A DNA stretch of 64,000 nucleotides from Caecitellus pseudoparvulus (lineage: Eukaryota > Protista > Bigyra: Bicosoecida): assembly GCA_965644315.1 (NCBI GenBank), contig CBFFRQ010000068.1, positions 434,001 through 498,000 of the forward strand, read 5' to 3'. Shown here piece by piece: positions 22,401 to 32,971 of this stretch. The notes under the pieces are model-generated. The model saw only the letters and a program-made list of their open reading frames with translations. It did not search any database and was not told where the DNA came from. Made by a program: the position numbers and the translations under genes. How positions within the stretch are numbered: position 1 is the stretch's first letter; the number at the start of each line of letters is the position of its first letter.

Positions 22401-24185
22401 CGTCGCACTGCGTATTACGAGGGCCCCCGCGCTCCCCACGCCCAGCGAGCCCAGCCAGCCGCCCGTCCCCAGGAGCCAGCAGCTGCTGCGGAGGAGGCTC
22501 TGGCAGGTCCAGCCCTCAGCCACCCATCTCACGACTCGCTGCCCCCACCCCGGCAAGCGCAGCAACAGCACGGGGCCGCGCCCAGCACGGATGTGGGTGC
22601 CTCTGTGGTCGGGCCGCCGAGCGGTGTGCAACCAGCCCCACCTCAGGCAGGCCTGTCGCCGTCACGCGCCAAGCCCCAGCGCAAGGCTGCCCCTCAGGCA
22701 GAGCCAGTGGCAGACTTGGCAGGGGCGGCGCAGTCGCCGTGCCCGACCCCCCCTCCGCCGCCGCCGCCGCAGCAGACCACTGCTTCCACTGACTCTGAAC
22801 ACGGGGCACCCCCGCCAGCTGCCCACAACGGGTCTGTGTCTGGCTCTCCAGCGCAGGCCACGGTGCCTGAGATCAGTGCCAAGAAACCACCTCCGCCGAA
22901 GGAGTCCCGTCGGCGCATGCGACCTGGCAGCAAGCGAGCTGCCACGCGCCAGGCACGCCTGCAGTCTGTCGCAGCCACCTTCGACCTGCCCTCGGACGGC
23001 GGCGGCGAGAGCAAGACTGTTGAGACGGACTTGGACGCAGAGTACGACGCGTTGGTCGCTGATATGACTGCGTCAGTGTCAGTGCGACAGGCTCAAGCGG
23101 AGGCTGCCAGCGCCCAGGTCGCAGCGGCCCGCGACGCCGTGCGTGCGGCTGCCGAGGCGGCAGGAGCCACAGTGGTACATGCGTCGGGTCAAGCGGATGC
23201 GCCGCCCCCTCCTCGCAGGTCACTCCTGCCGGCGTCAGCCCAAGCCACCCTGCGAGCGGCAAGTGCTGGGCGTGGTCGTGGGCGGCTCGTCCCCGTGTCC
23301 ATCCCAGAAGCTGGGCAGGCGGAGACGGGTGTAGCCGCCACGCCAGTGGAGGTGCCCCAGGGCGGTGAGGGTGGGCGCACGCGCCATCTGTCTGAGGAAG
23401 GCAAGTCTGTCTCCCTCTTCCGCACCAGCAGGTCCGCTGCATCCCGGAGAGGGGGGGACCCAGGCAGCGACCTGTCCCCCGACTCCCCTCCTGAGCGCGC
23501 CGCCCCACGCGTGGGCATCCGTGCCTCCATCTTTGTCCCCAAGCGCGTGGACCGCGGCGCCGGCAGCAAGGCGCAGCAGGCCGCCGCCTGGCTGGCCGAG
23601 CAGCGAGCGCACTCTGCTTCCCAGCGAGCTGACCTGCTGGAGGACGGGCCGCCAGGGGCGAGCGTCGCAGCGCTCCCCTCCACACCTGCTGACAGCCGTG
23701 CCCTGGGAGGGGGGGTGAACGGCAGGTCCCCCCCTAGCGGCAGCCGAGTGGCGCACTCACCCCAGCGGCCCACGCGACGCAGCAGCTCGACAGCGGGCGC
23801 CGCCGGCATGGCGGGTCGCAGTGGGCGCTTCACGCAGTTCCCTGACAGCGCCGGCCTGGCGGCGGCAGAGATCACCATCCTGGGGGCAGGGGGCAGGTCG
23901 GCGGGGCCCAGGGACAGTGCCACCAGCTCGCCGTCCCACCCCACCTCAGCAGCCGCCTGGGCGGCCCTGAAAGCGCAGCGAGCTGGGAGCCCTGACTCGG
24001 CTTCCTCGGATTCCACGGCCACGCTGAGTGGCGGGGAGAGTGACTCCAGCCCCGCCAGGCCGGGCCGTGCGGGCAGCCCCCTGCGGCCAACCAAGGCGCC
24101 GTCCCCCACACCAGCAGCCTCGCGGAGGAAGCAGCCTACACGGCTCATGTCCACTGCCAGCGCGTTGCTGGCTGAGGAGGTGTAG
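19431..24185 (+). CDS. Large Ala/Pro/Ser/Arg-rich, predicted intrinsically disordered hypothetical protein (1584 aa)
   Basis: 4.75-kb stop-free ORF with a basic region and short helical segments but no recognisable domain. The 5' end is uncertain; an upstream ATG at 19108 with a GTATGT donor could not be joined in frame. Confidence 0.7.
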   Translation: MECSGAGGAQAESPAASFARRAAASQLAAAATEPPVEPPAGPVPRSVGRQFQRTDTVSSLLGSIRRGSFQAGRAAKDASLAQAEASVEVPDAGSQPAAVEAGSERAPSALNDTFGTVGSFSSVPSDWNPRPAAASSQLHQPHSKQQTTPALVPPTTPVNVTPTVGAVALPRQHLESSSGIQRRAPPAVPREPEEAVHVAAAGDQAIHTRRSPVGHVRPKRTSKRPSKDDAPQQTKSGSSKPVSSTWGAFRARHSRKAGTGSKPAGSQAPRGALRKRESSSRQSDIRARLAARRARGKGAVSSAGRSSSVGRARPAVAASAAAGRSSSAPRQPAPQAGGASPQGHLRRKKQAPGPRAAGKQAPSSTCPRSALPQPRPSRAAAQASARAKRGSRPMEHQGPATRKAQQAAQDEQAAAAAQALAEAEARQRQLDAASDAGSEAESDTGERQGAQSGPGAEVDEEAALFAEMEAASAAFSASATHASRRAAVAPPAPQDPMQAMPLARGRRGESQPDGWVRPTTSSAAARAAVASAMQLAGEGETLAPAHQAAAVTASMLAGLGLSPVKQQPRGRASPPPPPLTDPDSPDSSSEGGVPVLASTRGAAGMGPSRVTTALQALSVPHPEQPSFIPGPRGRGAPEKQEEGGSSPSSPGERAERARGALLDHVAPLPPAPTPGSDGAPTASMYAQLSSSLAAPSAAPRKAQSQPPSTSPGDRSSSAGFSWLDDLRAQAAADSAGAGEQGGGTSSLARLAGALRQGGGPVHGDSGNIDLNSLIDLTLSLTGEEEAPATQAPPSPPSAPAPTTAPTNAAYTPRSWDMQATRGLGPTTYSATTQADLTGYGVVAGGGDSGASQEGVQHAVQDRAALYDKYGLTGLGAMQGDAPSHTTPAPDDDSWNPTSNLKASPPPPSADSAVGGGPSIHPSLGFAGRAGPVHSEQSSLHRPSHRSKPGRKGAGVGEGIARSTPGLPTPALNQSQPGPASHRGGAPVAPLRRTAYYEGPRAPHAQRAQPAARPQEPAAAAEEALAGPALSHPSHDSLPPPRQAQQQHGAAPSTDVGASVVGPPSGVQPAPPQAGLSPSRAKPQRKAAPQAEPVADLAGAAQSPCPTPPPPPPPQQTTASTDSEHGAPPPAAHNGSVSGSPAQATVPEISAKKPPPPKESRRRMRPGSKRAATRQARLQSVAATFDLPSDGGGESKTVETDLDAEYDALVADMTASVSVRQAQAEAASAQVAAARDAVRAAAEAAGATVVHASGQADAPPPPRRSLLPASAQATLRAASAGRGRGRLVPVSIPEAGQAETGVAATPVEVPQGGEGGRTRHLSEEGKSVSLFRTSRSAASRRGGDPGSDLSPDSPPERAAPRVGIRASIFVPKRVDRGAGSKAQQAAAWLAEQRAHSASQRADLLEDGPPGASVAALPSTPADSRALGGGVNGRSPPSGSRVAHSPQRPTRRSSSTAGAAGMAGRSGRFTQFPDSAGLAAAEITILGAGGRSAGPRDSATSSPSHPTSAAAWAALKAQRAGSPDSASSDSTATLSGGESDSSPARPGRAGSPLRPTKAPSPTPAASRRKQPTRLMSTASALLAEEV

Positions 24186-24343
24186 GTGCAGTGCATTTCA
24201 CGGCGGCACAGGTGCTGTAGTGACAGCAGCAGTAGGTGGGCGGTGCTGGTGTGTGTTCTGGGTGTTCATGGCGCTGGCCCACCCGTGAGGGATGGGCCCA
24301 GCGCTTGCCCACAGCTCAGCAATGCAGGTGGTGCGTGTGCAGC

Positions 24344-25394
24344 TCAGGCGCTGCCGATGTGTGAGAAGAAGACAAACTTCATGGTGGCGCCAAAGCCTGC
24401 CTGCAGCAGGCACAGGCCCAGGCTGGTGTACGTCATGAGGCGCCCCGCCGTGCCTTCCTCGTACCGCGCCGCCAGCAGGGTGCGGAAGGTGGGCACGGCG
24501 GCACGCACAAGGAAGTAGGCGGACAGGGTGGCGGCGCCAACCACCGCCAGCCACTGCAGCCAGGACAGTGGGAAGCCACACAGCAGGGAGGCGGGGAGGA
24601 AGGGCAGCACGGCATAGCCAAAGAGGCAGAGCAGCTTCATGAAGCTGAAAGGCACGCCCATGTACCGCAGGGCGGCCCAGGTGGCGGCGGCACAGACGAG
24701 GAGGTACCCGAAGATGAACCCGGCAGCGGAGGTCACGAGGGCGAAGTCGTAGTGCCAGATGCTCTCCATGTCCCCCGCGTCGAAGGAGGCCCAGGAGGAG
24801 AAGTTGGCCATGGCGCCGATGAGGAAGACCAGCGTGACGCTGCCCCACAGCGGCACGTACAGGTCCGGCGCATCCCCGATCACGGCGAAGAAGGGCTCGG
24901 CCGTGAATGGCAGAAGGGCAGCCTTGGCTCGCTCCCCCACCTCTGCCGTCGTCACGTTGAAGAGGGGGCGGTAGTACTCCACGCTGAGACAGCCGCACAG
25001 CGCCGCCCAGCCAGCAGGCGCCGCACGCACGGCTTCGCCGGCGCCTTGTGCAGGGGCTGGGGCAGGAGCACCAGCTGTGGCAGGCTTGCTCGTCAGGGGC
25101 AGCCCTGCATCTGCAGTGAGGGAGTCACGGTGACGCATGAACGAAATCCAACTAGCGTCTACACATGCATGTCGGCAACCCACCTTCCTCACCACCTAAG
25201 CTGACATCTGTGCACAGAGCGGGCCCCGCGAGCGTGGCTTGCTGCGGCGTTGCGGAACCTGAATCCACACGCACCGTCAAAAGGGTTCAATGGAGCTGGC
25301 TGCGAAAAGCCGCCATGCTGTAGGGGGTGGGAAGAGGGGGGGTGTCTGGCGTGTCTCGCCTGGCCCATGCGTCTGCTCCACGCACTCCAGCCAT
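24344..25394 (-). CDS. Yip1 domain family protein (YIPF1/YIPF2-like)
   Basis: YYRPLFNVTT..V..R and PDLYVPLWGSVTLVF motifs plus five hydrophobic helices. Three small predicted 5' exons (MAG / HGGFSQPAPLNPFD / DVSLGGEE) are less certain. Confidence 0.88.
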
Positions 25395-25937
25395 GACTGA
25401 GCGAGCACGGTCTGGCGTGCCGCTGTTTCTCGGCACAAACGAGTCCCTCCTCCACGCGTGAAAGCAAATGAGAAGAGCTGCAGCAGGCAGTGCACATGCC
25501 GGGGATGCACAGACGTCCTGCATATACTTGTGCCCCGATCACGATTTTGAGATCGTGCGATTTGGTCATTTCTTGAGCAATGTGCGCAAGCTCACATGGC
25601 TGCAGCCAAGCGATTTCCGCAAGCTTCATGGCTGCCCAACTGCAGGGGCAGGCACCCGAAATAGGCAGACCCAGTGCTTGCTAGCGAGATGAAGTAAACG
25701 AGTGTGTACTAGAGTCTTGCCGTGCGTGGTTTGTAGTGCATTTCTCTGGCATTTGGCGTAGATTATTGTGAATATGAGAAGCGTGTATTGTAAACCCTCT
25801 GGCACCAAAAATGTAGCAGACCTGACCGGTTTGTGGCAAATTGAAAGTTGCGGCAAAACAATACCGGCCCACGTGGCAAGAGCACCACCTACACAGCCCC
25901 CTGCTTGCCCCCTGCTCGCCCTACACTGTGTGCAGCC

Positions 25938-28406
25938 ATGGCAAGCGCCAGCGGGCAAGTGGAGCTGATGGACGCCAGGCGTGGCGCGCCCGTGGCACCC
26001 ACCACTCCACGGGACCTGCGACACGTGCTTCGAGAAGACACAGAGCTGATTGATTTAAGGGCGAGAAATCTGTCTGAGCGAGAGGTGTACGCCATCGCAG
26101 AAGCCATCCCCCGTTGCGCTAAGCTTGAGACGTGGGTGCAGCTGCGGTGATGTGAGGTCGCACTGCGACAGCACAAGAGCCTTGATGCCGCGTGGCCTCC
26201 ACAGAGTGAACTTGGAATGGAACGCGCTGGGCAAATTCCCACGCGCCGTGACCGCCTTGTTGGAGTCCATTGGCTCGAGCCGCTCTGTGCGCCATGCCGA
26301 CTTGCGCAATACAGGCCTCGGCAGCGTCGCTGGCCCAGCGCTGCGCCGGCTGCTGACGGGGAATCGCTCCCTGCAGTCCCTGGACCTGCGCTGGAATGAT
26401 CTGGGCAGTGTGGGAGTGGGACAAGTAGTCGCAGGGCTGCAGTACAACCCCACTCTCCGGCGTGTGTTCCTGGCAGGCAACGGCGGCGACGCCAAAGTGC
26501 TAGAGCAGGCTGGTGCGTGCCCCCGACGCAACGACACACCCCCCTCCGCCCCTCTCCCCACTGCCACCGCCAACACCTGCTCCCCGCAGATGAAATCTGC
26601 CGCCGCAACGCGGAGGAGGGCAAGAGCGTGCCGCTGCCCCCGTATGACCCTCACGCGGAGGCCAAGCTCCGCCTGGCTGAGGTGGATGCGGCGGAGGCCT
26701 CCAGCCGAGCGGCCAAGTGGCACGGCACCAGCATCAGCTTGGAGGCGACCCTGGCCAACGCCAACAAACGCATCGGCAACTTGCAGTCTGTCATCGACGC
26801 CCACGACGCAGGCATGGCTGCCTTGACGTCGAAGCTGCAGGCAGCGCAGGCTGAGTTGGCCAGTGTGCGCCGCTCCGCAGCGGCACAGATCGAGGTGCAT
26901 CAAGCCGAGGCAGTGCGTGCGCGCCGGGAGGCACAGAGCATTGCCGAGGCCAAGAGCTCCGCTGAGCTGGAGGCCAAGCGTCTGGAGCACGAACTGCGCG
27001 CGGCATTGGCCATCGCAGCCCGGCATCAGCGCGCCTTGCAGAGCGAGCTTGGCGAGAGCCAGCGTGAGACAAAGACAGCACGGGCAGAGTCTGCACGTGC
27101 ACTGCAGCGTGCCGAAGATGCTGTCGCCTCCAAAGCGGCCTTGGAGGCAGCGTTGCGGGCAGACATGGACAAATTGCGGGAGGAAGCGGAAATCCGAGCG
27201 GAAGCGGCGCAGGAGGCTCACGAGACGGCGCTGCGAGCACAGCGCCAGCGGCTGTCTGCAGAGCTGGATCGCTCTGGGCAGCTGCAGGCCAAGCTGGACG
27301 CCCTGACGCAGCGGCTGCACGACGCGGAGGTGGAGCGGGAGGCTGCCGTGTCGGATGCCAAGCGGAGCACGGCGGCAGAGTGGCAGCGACGCCTGGACCG
27401 GGAGGTGTCCGGCCTCAGGAACGCACTGCGGGATGCAGAGAGCGCCCGGGATATCGCTCAGAGCGCCCTAGCCAGCGCCCAGGAGACCCACGCCAGTGAA
27501 GTGAAGCGGCTGAGCCAAACTGCCACCACGTACCAGCGCCGAGCCCAGGAAGCGGAGCGGGAGGCAGAGCAGCTGCGAGGGGCTCTGTCCGCCCTGCAGA
27601 GCCGGGAGTCCGAGTTGGAGCGGGAGGTGGACAGCCTGCGCAGCTCTGTGGAGCGCCTGCATACCGCCAAACAGAGCATGGTGGCGGAGCTGACGGACCT
27701 GCGCAGGCGAGTGGCAGCTGCCGACGCCGACAAGCAAGCCGCCCTGGCGGCCCAGCGCAAGGAGTTGCAGGCCGCCATGTCCCGCCGTGAGGCACGCATC
27801 GTCGCGCTGAAGCAGCAAATCATCAACAGCCGTGTAGCCATGAACTCCTTGCTGGCAGACACTGGCCGGCGCCTGCAGAGCCTGCACACAGACACGGTGG
27901 ACCAAATCAAGCGTCAAGTGGCAGAGACAGAGGGCTTGCTGGATCTGGAGGAGAGCTCGGCTTTCGAGGCCATGGATCCGCAGGTCACTGCAGCTCTGCT
28001 GGGTGACTCGACCCCCGCACAGCGCCACCACCTGAGCGTGCAGCCCTCCAGGGAAGACGCAGTGGAGGAGATGCGCATGTACCAGCGGGCCATGGCCACG
28101 CAGGCTGATGGCGGCAGCCCTGGAACCAGCTTTGCCTCATCGCCGGGGCAGTCACCAGAGCAGGGGCAAAACAGGCTTGGCCTGGCGCAGCACACTTCCC
28201 ACAAACCCTTCATGACCCTGCCGCAGCTCATGGCCGCAGGGTCATCCCCGACATCTCCCGACACGCCGCCTGCTGCGAAGGAGCAGGCCCGTGAGCGAGT
28301 GCAGCTGCAGAGGTCGCACCTGGCGGCCCCCTTTGGCAGTGACTCTGGCCCTGACCAGCTTTCCTCAGATGGTGAGAGCTTCGAAGTCACGGATGGCTCA
28401 GTGTGA
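25938..28406 (+). CDS. LRRC45: LRRC45-like leucine-rich-repeat plus coiled-coil (centriole/basal body) protein
   Basis: RI-type LRRs VNLEWNALG, ADLRNTGL, LQSLDLRWNDLG and VFLAGN are followed by about 430 aa of heptad coiled coil. Introns at 26132-26204 and about 26514-26589. Confidence 0.75.
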
Positions 28407-28450
28407 CGCCCGCCATCAGAGCCTTGGTGCAGCTGCCCGGGCCCCCGAAG

Positions 28451-28456
28451 AATAAA
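28451..28456 (+). promoter_or_regulatory. Candidate AATAAA polyadenylation signal of the LRRC45-like gene
   Basis: AATAAA 45 nt after the stop in otherwise GC-rich DNA. It is not seen after most other genes in the window. Confidence 0.3.
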
Positions 28457-28805
28457 TACAAGCTTTGTCAAACGCACGTTGGTATGTTCTGGAAACTCTT
28501 GCCGCAGTCTTCCATCTGCTGCACGACTCTGGGAGGCTGGTCTTGGCTGCGTGCTGCATACGGCGAAGTGTGCCTCCACTGCCTGCCCTGGTGGACTGGG
28601 GCACACAGGCGCAGTGGAAGATGTCTCAAACTCAAAACTGCACCAGGCTTCACGAAGGAGTGCTGTTTCCCGCAAGCCCTCCCTGTCAATGGGCTGCGTC
28701 TCACCGCTCACAGTGCAGCTCAGCTTCTCCGCAAGCCAGCCCAATCGTTGCCCCCCCCCCAGCATCGCATCCAGGCTGCCGAGCGTCGCACCGACCCAGT
28801 GAAGA

Positions 28806-30431
28806 ATGGAGTACGTCGTCAATGTACACGAAGGCAGGGGTGACGGCAGCGGAGCGTCTCTCGGTGTGTGCTGGAGAGAGTCCACTTGTGCTGAACAGGG
28901 AGTGCAAATTCCGCAACCGCCCCACTTCACAGTCACGTTTGCAAACGGAGCATTGCCCGGCACTGCGCTGGGAGAGTCCACCCTCACAGACCTGCACCTG
29001 ACCTTGCATCAGCAGGTCGGGCGCAGCAGCAAGCGTCGTCGGCGCATCATGGTCGCCAATCCCAGCGACGGCGAGACAGGCGTGCACTTTGCCGGCAAGA
29101 ATTACGGTGACGGTGGCTCCCGGAACCTGGTGCAGTACGCGGTTGGCGTGGTGGACGACACGACCGGCACCATGGACGTGTTCCCCGTGGACACATCCTT
29201 CTGCATGCGGCCAGACCTGCGCGTGTCCGCAGGGGCCACCGCCGCAGACACCCTCGCATCTGCCTCCAAAGCTCGTGTGGCAGCCAGCACGGCAGGCGCT
29301 GAGACACTTGTGGATGCCCGCGCGGCTGCTGAGACGCGCAAGCAGCTGGTGAACGAATTCGGCAGCAAGCTGAAGCAGAAACAGTACCGCAGCCGGGACG
29401 CCAACGTCATTGATGCCCGTGCTGTCGCTGGCGGTGGCGCAGTGCATGCCGCCCTGGCAGACAGCGCCGCTGCCGCGGCGGCAGCGGCGGCCGGGGACGA
29501 AGGGGGCCCCGATGCGGAGGCCACAGAGAAGTGGATGCTGCCCCCCTTCAACAAAGACGCCTCCACGCCTGCCGAGGCGTACCCCGCCGGCACGGTGGTG
29601 CCCCCTCTCCTGGGGCGGGCACTGGCCGGCACCGTTGCGGACATGGTCAAGGTCATGAAGGACCCGGTGGAGCTGGATACCTGGCTGCGTGAGGCGCGCA
29701 TCCCCGGCTTTGTGGGGTACTTCGTCAAGCGCGCGGCGTCCTCAGAGGCGGGCCTGGACCGGAAGTCGGTCAAGAACGTCGCCCGCATGGCCACCTGTGT
29801 CTCCGCGCTGCTGACACTGTTCGATGCGCCAGGGCGCCTGACTGCCTCCGCCTCACTGGTGGAGCAGAGCAACGCCCCGGCTCCAGACGCCCCTGAGGAC
29901 GCAGCGGCTGCTGCCGCGTCGGCGGAGGGAGAGGCACAAGAGGCGGCAGAAGGCGCAAGCGAGGCTGCCGCTCAAGTTACCCGGCCCAAGTGGACCCCGC
30001 CGCCCGGCCTGACTCTGCAGCATGCCAGTGCCATCCCCTCCTTGAAGCATTTCTCCGAAGACGTCGCCGTGGCTTTGCTGCAGTGTTTTGCCGAGAAGCA
30101 AGCTCCAAGCCGCCCTGGCGGCGCGCCGGTGTACCGCATCACCAAACAGCTGCGCAACAAGCTGTTGCTGCACATTGGTGCCGTGCTGCTGCATTTGGAG
30201 GGTTTTTCCTTCCCGCTCACCGTGCTTGCGCGGCGCTTGCGAATGGTGCAGAAGGCTCTGCTCAAGTTCTTCGTGCAGCTGGGGTGCTCCTACAAGAGCA
30301 GTCGCAAGGAGAAGCGCCGACGTGGCGAAGACCCCGAGAGCTCCAACCCCGAGGTGTACACAGAGTACACTGTCACACTGGATGTGCCCTTGACATTCCC
30401 CAGCGTCACCCGTGGCAAGGCCCGCAAGTAG
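28806..30431 (+). CDS. POLR1E: RNA polymerase I subunit RPA49 (PAF53/POLR1E)
   Basis: QYAVGVVD, LVNEFGSKLKQK, LPPFNKDASTPAEAYP, KLLLHIGAVLLHLEGF, FVQLGC and terminal LDVPLTFP. Likely in-frame intron at 28864-28932. Confidence 0.85.
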   Translation: MEYVVNVHEGRGDGSGASLGVCWRESTCAEQGVQIPQPPHFTVTFANGALPGTALGESTLTDLHLTLHQQVGRSSKRRRRIMVANPSDGETGVHFAGKNYGDGGSRNLVQYAVGVVDDTTGTMDVFPVDTSFCMRPDLRVSAGATAADTLASASKARVAASTAGAETLVDARAAAETRKQLVNEFGSKLKQKQYRSRDANVIDARAVAGGGAVHAALADSAAAAAAAAAGDEGGPDAEATEKWMLPPFNKDASTPAEAYPAGTVVPPLLGRALAGTVADMVKVMKDPVELDTWLREARIPGFVGYFVKRAASSEAGLDRKSVKNVARMATCVSALLTLFDAPGRLTASASLVEQSNAPAPDAPEDAAAAAASAEGEAQEAAEGASEAAAQVTRPKWTPPPGLTLQHASAIPSLKHFSEDVAVALLQCFAEKQAPSRPGGAPVYRITKQLRNKLLLHIGAVLLHLEGFSFPLTVLARRLRMVQKALLKFFVQLGCSYKSSRKEKRRRGEDPESSNPEVYTEYTVTLDVPLTFPSVTRGKARK

Positions 30432-30618
30432 TCCGCCGCAGAATGCACACTTCGCAGCTGCGACCGCGCGCTGCGACGCCTCACACTGCTCGCAACTGCA
30501 GCACAAGCAGCCATGTACGGCTTTGGAGGCCTGAAAAGCCGCCCCACCCCAGCCCCGTCTGGCAAACATGCCACTGCATTGCTTCTGCGACCAGCGGCTC
30601 CCAGCAGCCTGCAAGCGC

Positions 30619-32747
30619 TCACTCAGTGCGCACAGCTGCGTAGATGCGCCGCACAAACTCAAATGTGGAGTGGAAACCAACCACGCCCAGCGCCAAGCCG
30701 ATGCCAGCCGAAATGATGGCCATGTAGCCAAAGTATAGCAGGGCAGGCACGAAGCCGTGCATGTTCAGGTGCACCGCGTAGAAGTACATGGAGTACAGGA
30801 ACAGGTACACGCCTGCAGATGCAGGGATGCGGAAGGATTTCCACCACCAGTTGTAGTCCTCCCCAACGAGCGTGAAGTACACCAGGACGATGGACAGCAG
30901 GGCGGAGGTGATGCAGGTGAGGATGGCAACAATGAGCAAGAAGCCGAAGACGTAGTAGTACTGGTCATGCCAGATGGAAGACATAATGAACAGCAGCTCC
31001 ACGTACATGGTGCCGAAAGGCAGCAGGCCGCCCAGCGCTGCCGTCGCACCGTCAGACAGATACCAAGGCTGGTGAGGAATTTGACGTGGCACTCCCCGCA
31101 CCTTTTTCGGCAGCTCGATGGCATCGCCACGGAATCCCAGGTAGGCGCCCAGGAAGACAAGGGGCACCGACACCAGCAGCCACAGACCCAGGACGGCCAG
31201 CATGGAGGTGAAGGGCACCGCGTTGACGCTGTGTTCCGCCCACACAAACAAGTTCAGGGTGAAGAGGATGCCGAACAGGACGCCAGGGATGAGGAAGGCA
31301 GTCCACAGGGTCGTGCGTTGCCAGGCCTTCCCGTTGAACATCTTGTGCACGCGCGCTGCGACGTAGCCGCCCAGCGTGCCGAGCAGCATGAAGATGAGGA
31401 CGAGGGAAGCCATGAGGCTGCCGCGGCGGGCGGGGGACACGAAGCCAATGGCAGAGAAGGCAATGGTGGTGCCCAGCATGGCCAGCAGCTGCGTGCCGGT
31501 GCCGATGGTCACGGCGAACAGCACTGGGTTGCGAGTGGGGGGCCGGAACACGTCCCCGTGCACAAGCTTCCACCCTGTCTCCTCACGGTCATCTGCGCGC
31601 TCCTCATCGGTGGCGACGCGGTTGTACCGCGACAGGTCCCGGTGCAGGGCGCGCACCATGATGAGGGACACCATGCCTGTGAGCAGGACGACGATGGCGG
31701 TGCTGTTGAGGATGCCCCACCAGTGAATAGAGGGGTTGGCGCGGTACCCGTTGGACAGGTACACGTCCCACCTCGATGCCCACTCGATGTCCGAGGGCTC
31801 CCAGAAGACGTCATAGGAGAAGGCGATAGTGACCTCGCTATCAGCGCGTGAGCCGTAAACCAGCTGGCGGCGCACGCCCGCCTCCTCCGTTTCGAAGAAG
31901 TCATAGCCCTTGGCCGGGTCGCAGCCGGGCAGGCTGATCTGGGCCAGGTCCACGTCCCCTGCCTCCGTGCGTGGCAGGGTGTTCATGTGCAGATTGTGGG
32001 AGATCGACACGGGGTACAGCTCCAGGCCGACGATGCGGGCGCCCTCGAAGGACTCTGACTCGTGGTACTTCACGCGCAGCTGCACATGGTTGTACACGAA
32101 GTACTCCTGCGTGTCCACCAGCCGCCCGCCGACAGGGAAGCCCTGGGCGAACAGCGGCACCCCGTCAACGGACATACCCACAGTGGCAGCGGGCAAGTTG
32201 TCCATGATCCAGTGAATGTGATACTCGTCGTCAATCATGGACACGTACTTCTCGATTTCCGCCTCCGTCAACACACGAGGGGAGCACAGGACTCGGCAGG
32301 TTTCGTCCTGCTTCATGTACAGCTTGTATGCAGTGCTCTTGATGGAGTCCCCCTCCAAGTGCTCCCCCAGGGACTCGGGCTTATTGGCCGTGCCCTCAGC
32401 TGGCTGTACGGTGAGGGGAAGCGGGGAAGTTGAGCGGAAATAGGGCCGTGCCTGCCCAAACTGTGCAGCGCCGCAGCTGGCCGGTCACGCACGACGCAGT
32501 GTGGCAGGTCATAGAAGCTGTAGCCAAGGTGAGTCCTCGTGGACGTCATCTTGTTGGTCTTCAGTTCAACCTGCGATGAAACGGATGGACACACGCCGTG
32601 CCACGTGACTGGCCCACCACGAAACGGCAGCGTCGGCCGCACCCGTTCTCCATCTTTGAACTGGCGAAGCTTCGCACCGGGCAGGTAGATGGCTGAGCAA
32701 GCACTGAACAGCGATGCTGCCACAAGGGCAGCCGCCAGGCTCCGCAT
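30619..32747 (-). CDS. Transmembrane 9 superfamily / EMP70 nonaspanin (TM9SF2/4 type)
   Basis: Signal peptide plus IYLPG, DNLPAA, YNH, WASRWDVYL, IHWWGILNS, EETGWKLVHGDVFRPP, PRQIP, GGLLPFG and EDYNWWW. Introns at 32571-32642 and about 32403-32490. Confidence 0.96.
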
Positions 32748-32971
32748 TGTTTGGGCTTCTCCTTTCAGGGCGTGGCCGCCCGCCACTGGATGTTAGAAGA
32801 GCTGGTGCTGCGACGCCTCAAGCGTTGCAGGTGGTGGTGAGCACAGATGTCGTGCGAATGCCCGTGGCACTCATTCACGCCCTTGAAGGAATTGTGTATT
32901 GTGTTGGGAGTTGGGCGGCAGTGTGCCGCAGCGGTTTTCATGGGTACAATCGTCGACGGCACAACTGAAGC

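Noticed and set aside
25790-25860. Minus-strand ATTTTTGG resembling an Sm site (possible snRNA)
   Set aside because: No U1 5' end, U2 branch-pairing, U4/U6 pairing or U5 loop I sequence could be found around it.
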